Source: Fimbriimonadales bacterium (GTDB lineage Bacteria > Armatimonadota > Fimbriimonadia > Fimbriimonadales > ATM1). From it: DNA of 64,000 nt. This document shows, in pieces, positions 37,908 through 47,869 of the stretch. Where the stretch lies: NCBI GenBank assembly GCA_041744215.1, contig JBGTLG010000041.1:128001-192000 (forward strand). Direction: 5' to 3'. The position numbers and the translations under genes are program-made. Position 1 is the first letter of the stretch. The number at the start of each line of letters is the position of its first letter. The notes below the pieces were generated by a model. That model did not search any database and had not been told where the DNA came from. It worked only from the letters and a program-made list of their open reading frames with translations.

Positions 37908-38891
37908 ATGGCAGCTGTTGTTGCCGAGAACCTCACGAAGACATACTTCACGGCTAAACGCGAACCCGGCGTGCGCGGCGCAGTGCGTGCATTGTTCAGA
38001 CCGCAGAAAACGCGCGTCGATGCAGTTGTTGATGTTTCATTTGAGATCGCAGAAGGCGAGCTCGTCGGATTTCTTGGTCCAAACGGCGCAGGAAAGACGA
38101 CGACACTTAAGATGCTGACAGGCATACTCTTTCCGACAAGTGGAAGAGGGCTTGTACTCGGTTACGATTCGAGCAAACGTGATCGCGAAATGCAGCGTCG
38201 AATGTCGCTCGTAATGGGCAACAAGATGCAGCTGTGGTGGGACCTTCCGGCATGGGACGGATTCGAGGTTCTGAGGGACATTTACGAGGTCCCTGAAGCC
38301 GAGTTTCGACCTCGAATCGAGGAGCTGATCGAGCTGCTGGATCTGAAGGAGAAGATACGGATCCAGGTCCGGAAGCTGTCACTTGGCGAGCGCATGAAGT
38401 GCGAGCTGGCTGCAGCGCTTTTGCACAATCCGCGCGTGCTGTTTCTCGACGAACCCACTCTTGGTCTCGATGTGATTTCACAGAAACGAATACGTGAGTT
38501 TTTGAAAGACTACAACAAGCGTTACAAGACAACAATTCTTTTGACAAGCCATTACATGCAAGACGTTGTTGAATTGTGCGAACGAGTTATTGTTATCAAT
38601 GAGGGAAAGTTGATTTTCGATGGATCGCTGTCTTCGCTCACCGCGAGATTCGATCCGACCAGGCAGTTGCGCCTTACGTTTTCGTCGCCTGTGGACGCAG
38701 ACCTATCGGAGTACGGGCGCATCGTCTCTCAAGACCCGAATCAAGCGGTGATCGAGGTGAGCCGCGCAGATTCAACGCAAGTCGCCGCTCGCGCCCTAAA
38801 CAGCCTCCCCGTCCAGGACATCTCGATCGACGAGCCAGACATCGAGGACGTCATTCGCGATGTTTTTACTAAGAATCGGACTCGCCCGTAA
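37908..38891 (+). CDS. ABC transporter ATP-binding protein
   Basis: GPNGAGKTT, LSLGERMK, FLDEPT, TSHYM. Confidence 0.95.
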   Translation: MAAVVAENLTKTYFTAKREPGVRGAVRALFRPQKTRVDAVVDVSFEIAEGELVGFLGPNGAGKTTTLKMLTGILFPTSGRGLVLGYDSSKRDREMQRRMSLVMGNKMQLWWDLPAWDGFEVLRDIYEVPEAEFRPRIEELIELLDLKEKIRIQVRKLSLGERMKCELAAALLHNPRVLFLDEPTLGLDVISQKRIREFLKDYNKRYKTTILLTSHYMQDVVELCERVIVINEGKLIFDGSLSSLTARFDPTRQLRLTFSSPVDADLSEYGRIVSQDPNQAVIEVSRADSTQVAARALNSLPVQDISIDEPDIEDVIRDVFTKNRTRP

Positions 38892-39020
38892 AAAGAAGTA
38901 TGTTATTGTTTTTTGCTACTACTTGTACATTTCCCGGTGCTCGGTGATTGTCACTTCCCCCAAAGATCGCTCAGGAGGTGATGTTGGGCGGGGGACCCGA
39001 GCCTGGTAAAACCATTGAGG

Positions 39021-39632
39021 ATGCAAACAGACATGAGTGAAGCCCCGACACTTGATCAAATCCGGGAGCAGGCGAGCCAGTGCTCCGCTTGCGGCCTCGC
39101 TGTGCGCCGAACCCATGTGGTTTTTGGGGAAGGAAATCCTAATGCGCCGCTTGTTCTGGTCGGCGAGGGACCTGGCGAAAACGAAGACAAGACCGGGCGG
39201 CCGTTTGTGGGCCTCGCCGGCCAAGTTCTCGATCGCGCGCTGCTTGACAACGGCCTCAATCGTGACGATGTTTACATCTGCAATATCGTAAAATGCCGTG
39301 CATGCGACTGGAAGGGAAAAACCGCTTACAACCGCCCTCCAACCCCACAAGAAACGGAATCATGCGCCAAATGGCTACATGCGCAATTGGGCGCAATTCG
39401 TCCAAAAGTGCTCCTTTGCATAGGGTCGCCGAGCGCGAACAAACTCATCAGGAAGGGGTTCCAGATAACCAAGGAGCGCGGCCAGATTTTCTCATGCGAG
39501 TTTGCTCCGGTCGCCATCGCAACCCTTCACCCAGCTTACATCCTCCGCCAGCGTGGACAACGAAGCGATGGCGGATACTCACTCCTGGTCGAAGACATTG
39601 CGCTGGCGTGGATGCACGCAAACTTCTCTTAG
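39021..39632 (+). CDS. udg: Uracil-DNA glycosylase family 4 (Fe-S)
   Basis: C..C.L, VFGEG, GEGPG..ED..GRPFVG.AG, NIVKCR, ATLHPA. Confidence 0.92.
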   Translation: MQTDMSEAPTLDQIREQASQCSACGLAVRRTHVVFGEGNPNAPLVLVGEGPGENEDKTGRPFVGLAGQVLDRALLDNGLNRDDVYICNIVKCRACDWKGKTAYNRPPTPQETESCAKWLHAQLGAIRPKVLLCIGSPSANKLIRKGFQITKERGQIFSCEFAPVAIATLHPAYILRQRGQRSDGGYSLLVEDIALAWMHANFS

Positions 39633-41278
39633 ATGATGGTATCGCTTGAAAGTTGGTTCGTATTGTCGCGAATAGGCTTCAATGAAATGACGTTCTCTTC
39701 ATCGTAGTCGAGGAGCTTCAACCAGTCTTCAACGGAATCGTTTTGGGGGAATATCTCGTTTTCCTGGTATTCGGCCCGAATAGCCTCTCTAAGGTCTTCT
39801 AGGCGTATTCCATGGCCTTTCTTGGGATCCGCAATTGCGCGCTTTATGGCGTAATCTTTCGCTCGATCCACAACGGATCGTATCAGTGCGCCGCTGATTA
39901 GATCCTTCCAATACAATGACTCGCTTCCACCGTTTCGGAAGTGGACACGCAGATACTCAGACTCGCGACTATCGCGCCAGATGTACGCTGTGATCGTGTC
40001 GAGCATGCAATCTCGAAGAGAATCGATGTCGCCTCCTTCCGCAGCCAGCGCGTCCGGATCGAGGGGGATGTTTGGGTGGAGATAGATGCCAAAGATGTCA
40101 CGCGTGGCCTCGCGAGTTGGGCGGTTTATCTTGACCTTCCGGTCGATTCGCTCGGGGCGGAGGATTGCAGGATCAATGTAGTCGGGCCGGTTACTGGTGA
40201 GAATGAGCACCACGTTCTCAAGCGAAACGAGTCCGTCGAGTTCCGCGCAAAACTGCGGCACCACGGTGTTCGAAATGTTGAGCCACCTTGAATTCGACCG
40301 TGTGCGGAGGACGCTTTCGGCCTCATCGAAGAAGATGAATACGAGTCTGCCCTCCTTCGCCTTCTCCCTGGCGGTTTGGAAGATTTCGCGTACCATCCGC
40401 TCAGTCTCCCCGAGCCACATATTGAGGATTTTCGGCCCGGAGATGTACATGAAGTACTCCTTGACCTCATGACCCACGCGCTTCGAATACTCTTTGGTCA
40501 GGTTATACGCCGTTGCCTTTCCGATTAGCGTCTTTCCGCATCCCGGGGGGCCAAAGAGCAGGATGCCTTTGATCGGCTTCTTTTCAAATCGCTCGTAGAT
40601 TTCGGGATAGAGAAGCGGATGCTCGATGGTGTCCTTGATTAGCCGGATCGCTTCCGCCTGCCCGCCAATGCTCTCCCAGGCGATCTCCGGAACGTCCTCG
40701 AAGAAGTACTCTGTTCCCTCTGATTGCGGGAAGTGCTCGATGGCGACTTTGAAGTTCGGCTCGATCCTCACCTCGTCGCCCGCTTTGATGTCCACGGAGC
40801 GAAGCGGTTGACTGCGGTACACGATCCGGCCGACCGTACCGGTAGAGTCCTGGCTCACTCGGATGCGTCCGTCGTCGTAGCTCTCGGACACCTTCATGAC
40901 CTGACCGCCACCGTGGGGTGGCAAGTAGCCCACAATGGCGTAAGCGTCATTCACCTTGACGCGCACGCCAGTGCACAGCTCTGCCTGGTCGATCTTAGGA
41001 TCGACCGAGACCACGAACTCGGTTTCTCCGAGCGCTATAAGTCCGAGGCCTTCGTCGACATCACTGAGGTAGACGGCCGTTCGGTTTGCCGGGGCGGTCA
41101 GTTTCTCGTAGGCTTCTTCGTACTCGGCCACGAGCCGCTCAGCTTCCATCCGCCTCGTCTCGTCCTCCTGCAGGGCTTTTTCGAGGGCGAACAGATAGTT
41201 CCGAAGGCGCTGGTTTTCTTCGGGAATCATCTCGATCGCTTCGGCCAATATCCGAAGCGACTGGCGTTCATTTTCCAT
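39629..41278 (-). CDS. arc: Proteasome-associated AAA ATPase (ARC/Mpa family)
   Basis: N-terminal coiled coil, OB region, EDVP.I.W..IGG, GPPGCGKTLI.KA, FFDEAE, VPQF.AE.DG, SGA.I...VDRAK..AIK. Confidence 0.9.
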   Translation of the reverse strand: MENERQSLRILAEAIEMIPEENQRLRNYLFALEKALQEDETRRMEAERLVAEYEEAYEKLTAPANRTAVYLSDVDEGLGLIALGETEFVVSVDPKIDQAELCTGVRVKVNDAYAIVGYLPPHGGGQVMKVSESYDDGRIRVSQDSTGTVGRIVYRSQPLRSVDIKAGDEVRIEPNFKVAIEHFPQSEGTEYFFEDVPEIAWESIGGQAEAIRLIKDTIEHPLLYPEIYERFEKKPIKGILLFGPPGCGKTLIGKATAYNLTKEYSKRVGHEVKEYFMYISGPKILNMWLGETERMVREIFQTAREKAKEGRLVFIFFDEAESVLRTRSNSRWLNISNTVVPQFCAELDGLVSLENVVLILTSNRPDYIDPAILRPERIDRKVKINRPTREATRDIFGIYLHPNIPLDPDALAAEGGDIDSLRDCMLDTITAYIWRDSRESEYLRVHFRNGGSESLYWKDLISGALIRSVVDRAKDYAIKRAIADPKKGHGIRLEDLREAIRAEYQENEIFPQNDSVEDWLKLLDYDEENVISLKPIRDNTNQLSSDTII

Positions 41279-41326
41279 GGATCACCCGTATCTACGCGCG
41301 AAACCTATGGATAGGTCGCGGCTTTC

Positions 41327-42529
41327 TTATCTGGAAGGCAAGAATGCACTCAATGTGATCCTTGCGATTTCTGTTGGCAATTCGCCGAGCGACAGTGACG
41401 AAGACGCTACTGCTTCGCCATCGCGAAGCCCGACGACGGTCACCGCTTGGGCGCCTTCGGCTTCCGACTCGATCACGTTGAGAACCTGAAGCTTGGCGCC
41501 AGTTGCGAGCTCGAGCGCTTTTGCCGTTGCCTCCGCGACCGCGACGCGGGGCGATCTTGAGGGCTCGCTGACACCTGTAAAGAGTTCGCCATCGACTGAG
41601 AGGACTGCAACGCCCCGGTAGCCGCCCGCGAACTGTTCTGAAGTCGCGCTCACCAGGTCGACTGTAGCGGAATCCAGGCTTACGCAACCACTTGGCACCG
41701 GCTCCTGCGCCGATCGGGACTCCTTCATCGCCGTGGAGAGTCTGCTTGCCTCGTTGATGAGATTATCAAGTGTTGCCGCAAAGTGGGTTCCCTCTCGCTC
41801 TTTCGTGCGGCGGCCCCCAAAGACGCCGTGGGAGATGCTTATCGGCAGCAGCGCTCCTTCGATTTCGAGCCCCGTGATCTTCGACCCTATCGATGAGGCG
41901 AGGTACTCGGCCTCGCCGCGTGGGCGCAGCGTGCCGATTGCGAACTCATCCCCGCCATAGCGGCAAAGGAGGTCCATAGCAGGAGCAACGTTGCTTCGCA
42001 ATTCATCGGCAACACGCCGAAGCACTTGGTCCCCGACCATGTGACCGAACCTCTTGTTAAAAGGACCAAACTCGTCGAGGTCGAAGAAAAGGATCGTGAT
42101 CTCGTGCCCGGCCTCAAAGTTCTTTAGCCCCCACTCCCGAAGCGCATCGCTCCATGGCAGCTGAGTCAGCGGGTCAAAGTTCCTTCCGATGTCACGGAGT
42201 AAATCGTGCGCCGAGACGATTCCAAGAAACTGACCATCCTCGACGACAGGAATGCGAGGGAGGTTCTGGCCAGTCATGAGTTCGGCCACTCGCCTCAGCG
42301 TCGTGTTCGGGTCAACAGCCTCGAGGTCGGTTCGGACGAACTGAGACACCGGCGTGTCTTCTGACACACCGGCTAAGTCCTCGATGTACAAGACACCGGC
42401 GAACTCTTTGCCCTCTATTACGCCCAGGCCCGCCACCCCGTGGCCTCGCATGAGAACCAACGCGGTGCGAACCAAATGTTCCGGATTTACCCAGATGGGC
42501 CAAAGGGGTAAGTCTTTGACCTGCTTCAT
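41327..42529 (-). CDS. CBS-pair diguanylate cyclase with LeuA-regulatory-like C-terminal domain
   Basis: Two CBS domains, DPLT.L, DLDEF..FN..FGH..GD, RYGGDEF; start uncertain (42529 or 42652). Confidence 0.85.
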   Translation of the reverse strand: MKQVKDLPLWPIWVNPEHLVRTALVLMRGHGVAGLGVIEGKEFAGVLYIEDLAGVSEDTPVSQFVRTDLEAVDPNTTLRRVAELMTGQNLPRIPVVEDGQFLGIVSAHDLLRDIGRNFDPLTQLPWSDALREWGLKNFEAGHEITILFFDLDEFGPFNKRFGHMVGDQVLRRVADELRSNVAPAMDLLCRYGGDEFAIGTLRPRGEAEYLASSIGSKITGLEIEGALLPISISHGVFGGRRTKEREGTHFAATLDNLINEASRLSTAMKESRSAQEPVPSGCVSLDSATVDLVSATSEQFAGGYRGVAVLSVDGELFTGVSEPSRSPRVAVAEATAKALELATGAKLQVLNVIESEAEGAQAVTVVGLRDGEAVASSSLSLGELPTEIARITLSAFLPSR

Positions 42530-42641
42530 TCCCGGCAGGGTGCCCTCGGTGCGTACTCTATCCCCTGCAGTCGCAGGATACGACGATACATCTGCTAGGT
42601 TTTCCTCAGCCAGGTAGAAGTGCGAGTCGGGTTCTTGTGAG

Positions 42642-43607
42642 TTAAACATCACCCAGCCTTCGGCAGATCATCCGTTTGGACGCTTCGAGTTTTCGTCCAA
42701 AGTACGCGTCATCGTTTATAAGACGCTCACGAGCATCGCGCAGAAGCCTAAATGTCTGGCCAGGGGTTATTCCCAAGTATTTCGCGACGTTAGCCTCAGC
42801 GAGGAGAGCTTCACTTCTCAAAACGAAGGTCGTCAGCTGGTCCTGAAACGCGCCGTCTCTTTGCCGCTCGCGCCTCGATAGCGATTGGCAGACACAGTCG
42901 ACCACCACATCGCGCAGGTCAAATCCTATGTCCTTGGCAATCAGCGGATCTAGGACGCCAACTGCCCGAATCGGAGAGATCTCACCCGTTTCACGGCGGC
43001 AAGCGAACTTCAGCAGCTTGATAGCCCCTCGGAGAGTTCGGCCATCTCCACGAATTAGCTTCGAGATCGCACGTACGACGTCGTCCGCCAGCTTGAGGTC
43101 CTCGTCGCGCGCCACCGCGCGGATAATGCCCTCGCGCTCTTCGAGCGAAGGCTCACGAATCTCCTCGTGACGCCAACGGCGAGGAAACGGGAGCAGCGAC
43201 CAGACTCGCTTCGGTGCGCTTGAGGCAGCACACAGGGTCGGGCGTCCAGACCGCACCCGCCTCTCAAGCTCGATCGCCAACCTGTGTCGGCACTTCGGTG
43301 TTGCCGAGTTGGCTTCGATGTCATCGACGATGAGAATGTCTGGCCGACCGAAGCCATATGACGGCCGATCCAGGTCAGACGCGGAAACCAGCCCCACGCT
43401 GGCACCGAGATTGGAGTGCGCCTCCTGTGCCGCCTCGCGGAGAAGGTGAGACTTCCCGCAGCCGTGAGGTCCGGAGATCGCGCCAAAGCGCTCCTCTCCA
43501 TGTGCAAAATCCATGGATAACCTGTGGGCGCCACTGTTGCATGGCAACACCTCGAAGCTCACACTCTGCGACATATCACTCGAATTACGCGAATTTCCAA
43601 CAGCCAT
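42642..43607 (-). CDS. DnaA/Hda-like AAA+ protein (truncated DnaA paralog)
   Basis: SFEVLPCN..A, SGPHGCGKSHLL, ILIVDDIE, I.EP..E.R..I, DGR.L.GA; C-terminal helical/HTH region; start uncertain. Confidence 0.7.
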   Translation of the reverse strand: MAVGNSRNSSDMSQSVSFEVLPCNSGAHRLSMDFAHGEERFGAISGPHGCGKSHLLREAAQEAHSNLGASVGLVSASDLDRPSYGFGRPDILIVDDIEANSATPKCRHRLAIELERRVRSGRPTLCAASSAPKRVWSLLPFPRRWRHEEIREPSLEEREGIIRAVARDEDLKLADDVVRAISKLIRGDGRTLRGAIKLLKFACRRETGEISPIRAVGVLDPLIAKDIGFDLRDVVVDCVCQSLSRRERQRDGAFQDQLTTFVLRSEALLAEANVAKYLGITPGQTFRLLRDARERLINDDAYFGRKLEASKRMICRRLGDV

Positions 43608-44110
43608 CAATGTCCCCTCTCTGCTCTGAAAGACCCTGTGGGTCAGCCGGGGCCAGTATCCGCGCACGGGGAAAGCGAAGGCAAGGCTGCCTGAGCGCAA
43701 ATGAAGTCACGCATCCTCGCTCTTTCTCAGTTTTTTGCCTGTTTTCCTCGTTGTTCACGGTCCGTTGACAAAGTTGAATGAGGTTTTCAACACTGGAGGA
43801 GGAAGTACCCATTCAGTCGAGATTGAGCCTTTCCGGCTGGGCGCAGTTAGGTAAGCGCGCGTATCTTTCAATCGATTCAGGAACTAAGTGGCTGGTAGTT
43901 TAGCGAGTTGGTACCTAGTGAAAGTGATGAGGTGACCGGCTCTCCAGCGTGGAAAGCACCTACCGGACACGAGTTTTCCACAAGCCATTTGGGATAAGTG
44001 CCGGCAAACCAGCAATATTGCCTGGATGGGGGATGCGGTGTAAGTGGAATCACAGCCTTTGAGCCGGGGAAACCCGTGTCAATTTCTGAAAGCACCGGAG
44101 GATCGAATAG

Positions 44111-44455
<345 letters not shown>

Positions 44456-44533
44456 GGGCGTAGCGGCTTGATCGAAGAGGAAGGCGGCCGAAGGGCTGCC
44501 CTCCTCTTCTTGACCATTTCATAGGAGCTTCCA

Positions 44534-44992
44534 ATGACCCAGGCGAAGCAACGCAGAGTACGAGGCGCATTGCTGATCGAATCGCTGTTTGCGGTGTTTC
44601 TTGTCGCGATCGTGGCAACGATCATTGCCGCAACGATGCCTCTTGCCAACAACAGTCGAGCGCGTGCCGATATGCTGAACAAGGCCGTGAGCATTGCGCA
44701 GAAGCAAGTGGAGAACGTGAGAGGTGTCGGTTATCCGAATCTAAACGGTCCTCAACTGCTCGCGGCGGGCTTAGTCGAATCTTCGACCGCCGACGGCAAT
44801 GGAAGATTTCATTTCACCAACGTCGATTCCGCCGCATTCGACGCCCCAGCGCTCGTCTTGCCGAGCGGAAAGGGCTATCTCAAGATCGAGCAAGTGGGTC
44901 TTGATTTGCGGCTCGTCACAGTGCGTGTCGAATGGACCGATCGCGGCAAGCCGCGTCACACAGTTTTGTCAACCATGATCGCGAATCTGTAG
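44534..44992 (+). CDS. Minor pilin (PilV-like)
   Basis: RRVRG|ALLIE followed by a hydrophobic helix; VTVRVEW. Confidence 0.75.
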   Translation: MTQAKQRRVRGALLIESLFAVFLVAIVATIIAATMPLANNSRARADMLNKAVSIAQKQVENVRGVGYPNLNGPQLLAAGLVESSTADGNGRFHFTNVDSAAFDAPALVLPSGKGYLKIEQVGLDLRLVTVRVEWTDRGKPRHTVLSTMIANL

Positions 44993-44993
44993 C

Positions 44994-45575
44994 ATGGAGG
45001 TGCTTATGCCACGACGTAAAGTACGCGGCGCCACGTTGGTGGAAGTCGTTTTTGGAATCTCTGTCAGCGCGATTGTGATCTTCGGCGGAATGATCGCGCT
45101 CGTGAGCACTCTCGGTGGCTGGAGTCGAGGACAATCGAAGATCGAAGCCGAGCTGGAGGCGACGCAAGCGATGCGCCACCTCCGGGATACTTTGCGCGAG
45201 GCGATGGTCATTCAGGTTGACATTGATGGAAAAGGGATGACCTATAGACTTCCTTTGCGCGATGGCGACGGCGACTACCAGCAACCCGCAGCTTGGGACG
45301 GGATAACACGCCGATTCGAGGTGAGAGATACCGGCGAACTCGTTGCAGTCAACGACGGAGTCGAGCGGACGCTCGTAAAAGGCGTAGCTGTTCTCGACCC
45401 TCGGAATGGGAACCCCGCCCCTTACCATCCATTCCAACCTGGTCCGGGAGCGATTGTGAGACAAGTGGTTGTTCAAATCGTGACGGAGCGGCAGATTCAC
45501 CGAGAAGGGACGAAGGCGTACGGACGCAATCGTGAGACGATCATTCTGCGAAACACGCCCACCCTCATCAACTGA
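44994..45575 (+). CDS. Minor pilin (PilW-like)
   Basis: RRKVRG|ATLVEVV; C-terminal ILRN. Confidence 0.75.
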   Translation: MEVLMPRRKVRGATLVEVVFGISVSAIVIFGGMIALVSTLGGWSRGQSKIEAELEATQAMRHLRDTLREAMVIQVDIDGKGMTYRLPLRDGDGDYQQPAAWDGITRRFEVRDTGELVAVNDGVERTLVKGVAVLDPRNGNPAPYHPFQPGPGAIVRQVVVQIVTERQIHREGTKAYGRNRETIILRNTPTLIN

Positions 45576-45624
45576 TCCTGACCCATACTCACATCGGCTT
45601 TCAATCACCTGGAGGTGAGTAAGA

Positions 45625-47424
45625 GTGAAACGAAGAAACCGCAAACAACGTGGCATGGCGCTAATCTCGATATTCGGTGTTTTAACCGTTGTCGCGATTG
45701 GAACCACCGCTTATGTCAATAGTGCGACTCAAACGATAAGGATTGCGCGTTCGAATGAACTCGAAGTGCGACTTACGAATGTCTGTGAGGCGGGAATCCA
45801 GGATCTGCTCCTCTCGCTTTGGAAGCCATTCCGAAACTACCAGGCTTTCAATGACTTGGACTTCGCCCTCACGGGCGCCAGCCCCGGTTCTCCCAAAGGA
45901 ACCACTACGGGATCAACGCATGACAATAACGTCTACTCCGCAGGCGTCATTGGCTACACGGACCCCGATACGTACAACCGTATCGTGACAATCAGAGTCG
46001 TCGCATGGCAAGACACCAACAACAACGGCGCCCTCGACGCCAACGAAACGCAAAAGGTCGTAGACGTCTCGACGGTCTTCAGCCTAACTCGAAGCCAAGT
46101 GTTCGACTACACGTACTTCGTCAACAATTACGGTTGGATGAGCGGATTCAGTGCAGCCCAGCTTATCGTTAACGGCGATATGCGCGCTAACGGCAACTTT
46201 GATTTCAGCGGCGGTTCTCCCACTATTAACGGATCGGTCTATGCTTCAGCAAATGATCGGCTCGTTCCTCCAGCGCAAGGACTCGTCAACATTACGCCAA
46301 CACAACAAACCAACTCTGCTTACAACGGAGTCAGTGACCCACGAAGGCGGCAAGGTTATGACCCGCTTGTTCACGGAGCCAAAGGCTCCGATGAGTACGA
46401 GAATTGGCGTGACTTCATCTACGACCAGTCTGGACAGATCGTAAACAACCGCATCAGCGGCTCGGTAGTCGGCGACTCGCGAGGATACAAAACGTATCCT
46501 GGCGTCCTGCTTGACTCGACACCGACGCATGAAATCACGATGCCTGACTTGAGCGACATCACCCGATATGTTTCGCTGAGCACATCCTATGTAGACCAAA
46601 AGCAAACTTTCGAAGACGGCACGACGAACCCCAACTACGGACTGGGAGCGTATGTCGAGGTGTGGAACGCCGTTCTCGGTGAGTACGTGCGCGTCGACGT
46701 GAATGGAGTCGTCCCGGGATCTGCAGCCCTGATTGGCACTTCTGACAAACCGATTCGAATTCACGGCCCGGTGACATTTCTCGATGACTGCGTCATCAAG
46801 GGCTTTGTCGAAGGCCAAGGTACGTTGTACACGGGTCGCAACGTTCACATCGTTGGTGACATCAAGTACAAGAACCCACCCGACTTCCGAGGATCAGATC
46901 CGCAAGCGATCGATAATGCGAACAGCTCAAAGGACCTGCTAGCGTTAGCGGCGCGGGGCAGCGTGATCATCGGCAACGTAAAACAGTTCAAGAATCCATA
47001 TCCCCTCAAGTACATGACGCCACCCTTCACGAAGGGGCGTTACGACGACTGGGGCAACTGGATTCCACCGTTTGACGCGATGCAGTTCGACTACACAGGA
47101 AGGCGCCGATACCAGAGTACGTTTAGCGACGACTACATCAACAGCATCTCATCGTCTGTGAACCAAATGGACGCTGTGCTGTACACGAACTACCTCGGAG
47201 GCGGTCAACTTGGAGTTGGCGGCGGAGGCGTCGCGTTCAACGGCTCGATCATTTCGAAGGACGAAGCGATGGTCATCTATTCACTTCCCATGAGAATGAA
47301 CTACGATCATCGCATTCGCGAGAGGAGGATCAGCAAAGAACCGTTGATCGACCTCAACCTTCCGCGAACGCCAGCCCTCTTGAGAAGCACATGGCAAGAT
47401 CGAGGAATGAGCTTCGGCTACTAA
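45625..47424 (+). CDS. PilX-like large minor pilin/adhesin
   Basis: RKQRG|MALI with no Glu5; CEAG motif; beta-rich C-terminal region. Confidence 0.75.
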   Translation: MKRRNRKQRGMALISIFGVLTVVAIGTTAYVNSATQTIRIARSNELEVRLTNVCEAGIQDLLLSLWKPFRNYQAFNDLDFALTGASPGSPKGTTTGSTHDNNVYSAGVIGYTDPDTYNRIVTIRVVAWQDTNNNGALDANETQKVVDVSTVFSLTRSQVFDYTYFVNNYGWMSGFSAAQLIVNGDMRANGNFDFSGGSPTINGSVYASANDRLVPPAQGLVNITPTQQTNSAYNGVSDPRRRQGYDPLVHGAKGSDEYENWRDFIYDQSGQIVNNRISGSVVGDSRGYKTYPGVLLDSTPTHEITMPDLSDITRYVSLSTSYVDQKQTFEDGTTNPNYGLGAYVEVWNAVLGEYVRVDVNGVVPGSAALIGTSDKPIRIHGPVTFLDDCVIKGFVEGQGTLYTGRNVHIVGDIKYKNPPDFRGSDPQAIDNANSSKDLLALAARGSVIIGNVKQFKNPYPLKYMTPPFTKGRYDDWGNWIPPFDAMQFDYTGRRRYQSTFSDDYINSISSSVNQMDAVLYTNYLGGGQLGVGGGGVAFNGSIISKDEAMVIYSLPMRMNYDHRIRERRISKEPLIDLNLPRTPALLRSTWQDRGMSFGY

Positions 47425-47439
47425 GAAGGACAAAAGACA

Positions 47440-47859
47440 ATGAAGCCTCTCAGACTACTTGTGGTTTGCGGACTCGTCGGCGTATTCGCCGGCGCGTCCG
47501 CCGACTGGATTCAGGCGACAGAGCCTGCGCCGCACAACCCGCGTTTCAACGACGAGGACGCAGCTGCCCAGCAAACAGAGACCCCTGTGATTCCGTCCAG
47601 TGGTTCGTCAGACTCCCTCTCGCGGCCGACAGCGCCCTCCATATCAAACGATTCTGGAGGCGCGGACGCGATCGCGAAGTCGAACATCAATGGACAGCAG
47701 GCCCTTGCGGCGGCAGAGCGCACCGTATCGTCGCCCAATCGGCGTAAGCCGTGGCTACTACCAGTCGTCGGATTAGGTTGTGCGATGCTTGCGGTGGCGC
47801 TTGTTTGGCGAGTACGTAGCTGGGCTGACAAAAACGCGCCGCATTCACATAAGCACTGA
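47440..47859 (+). CDS. Secreted/membrane-anchored hypothetical protein
   Basis: Signal peptide, low-complexity middle, C-terminal TM. Confidence 0.65.
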   Translation: MKPLRLLVVCGLVGVFAGASADWIQATEPAPHNPRFNDEDAAAQQTETPVIPSSGSSDSLSRPTAPSISNDSGGADAIAKSNINGQQALAAAERTVSSPNRRKPWLLPVVGLGCAMLAVALVWRVRSWADKNAPHSHKH

Positions 47860-47869
47860 CTCGGTCAGT

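Noticed and set aside
44010..44075. c-di-GMP-I riboswitch
   Set aside because: Only GGCAAACC matches; tetraloop and P2/P3 consensus are missing.
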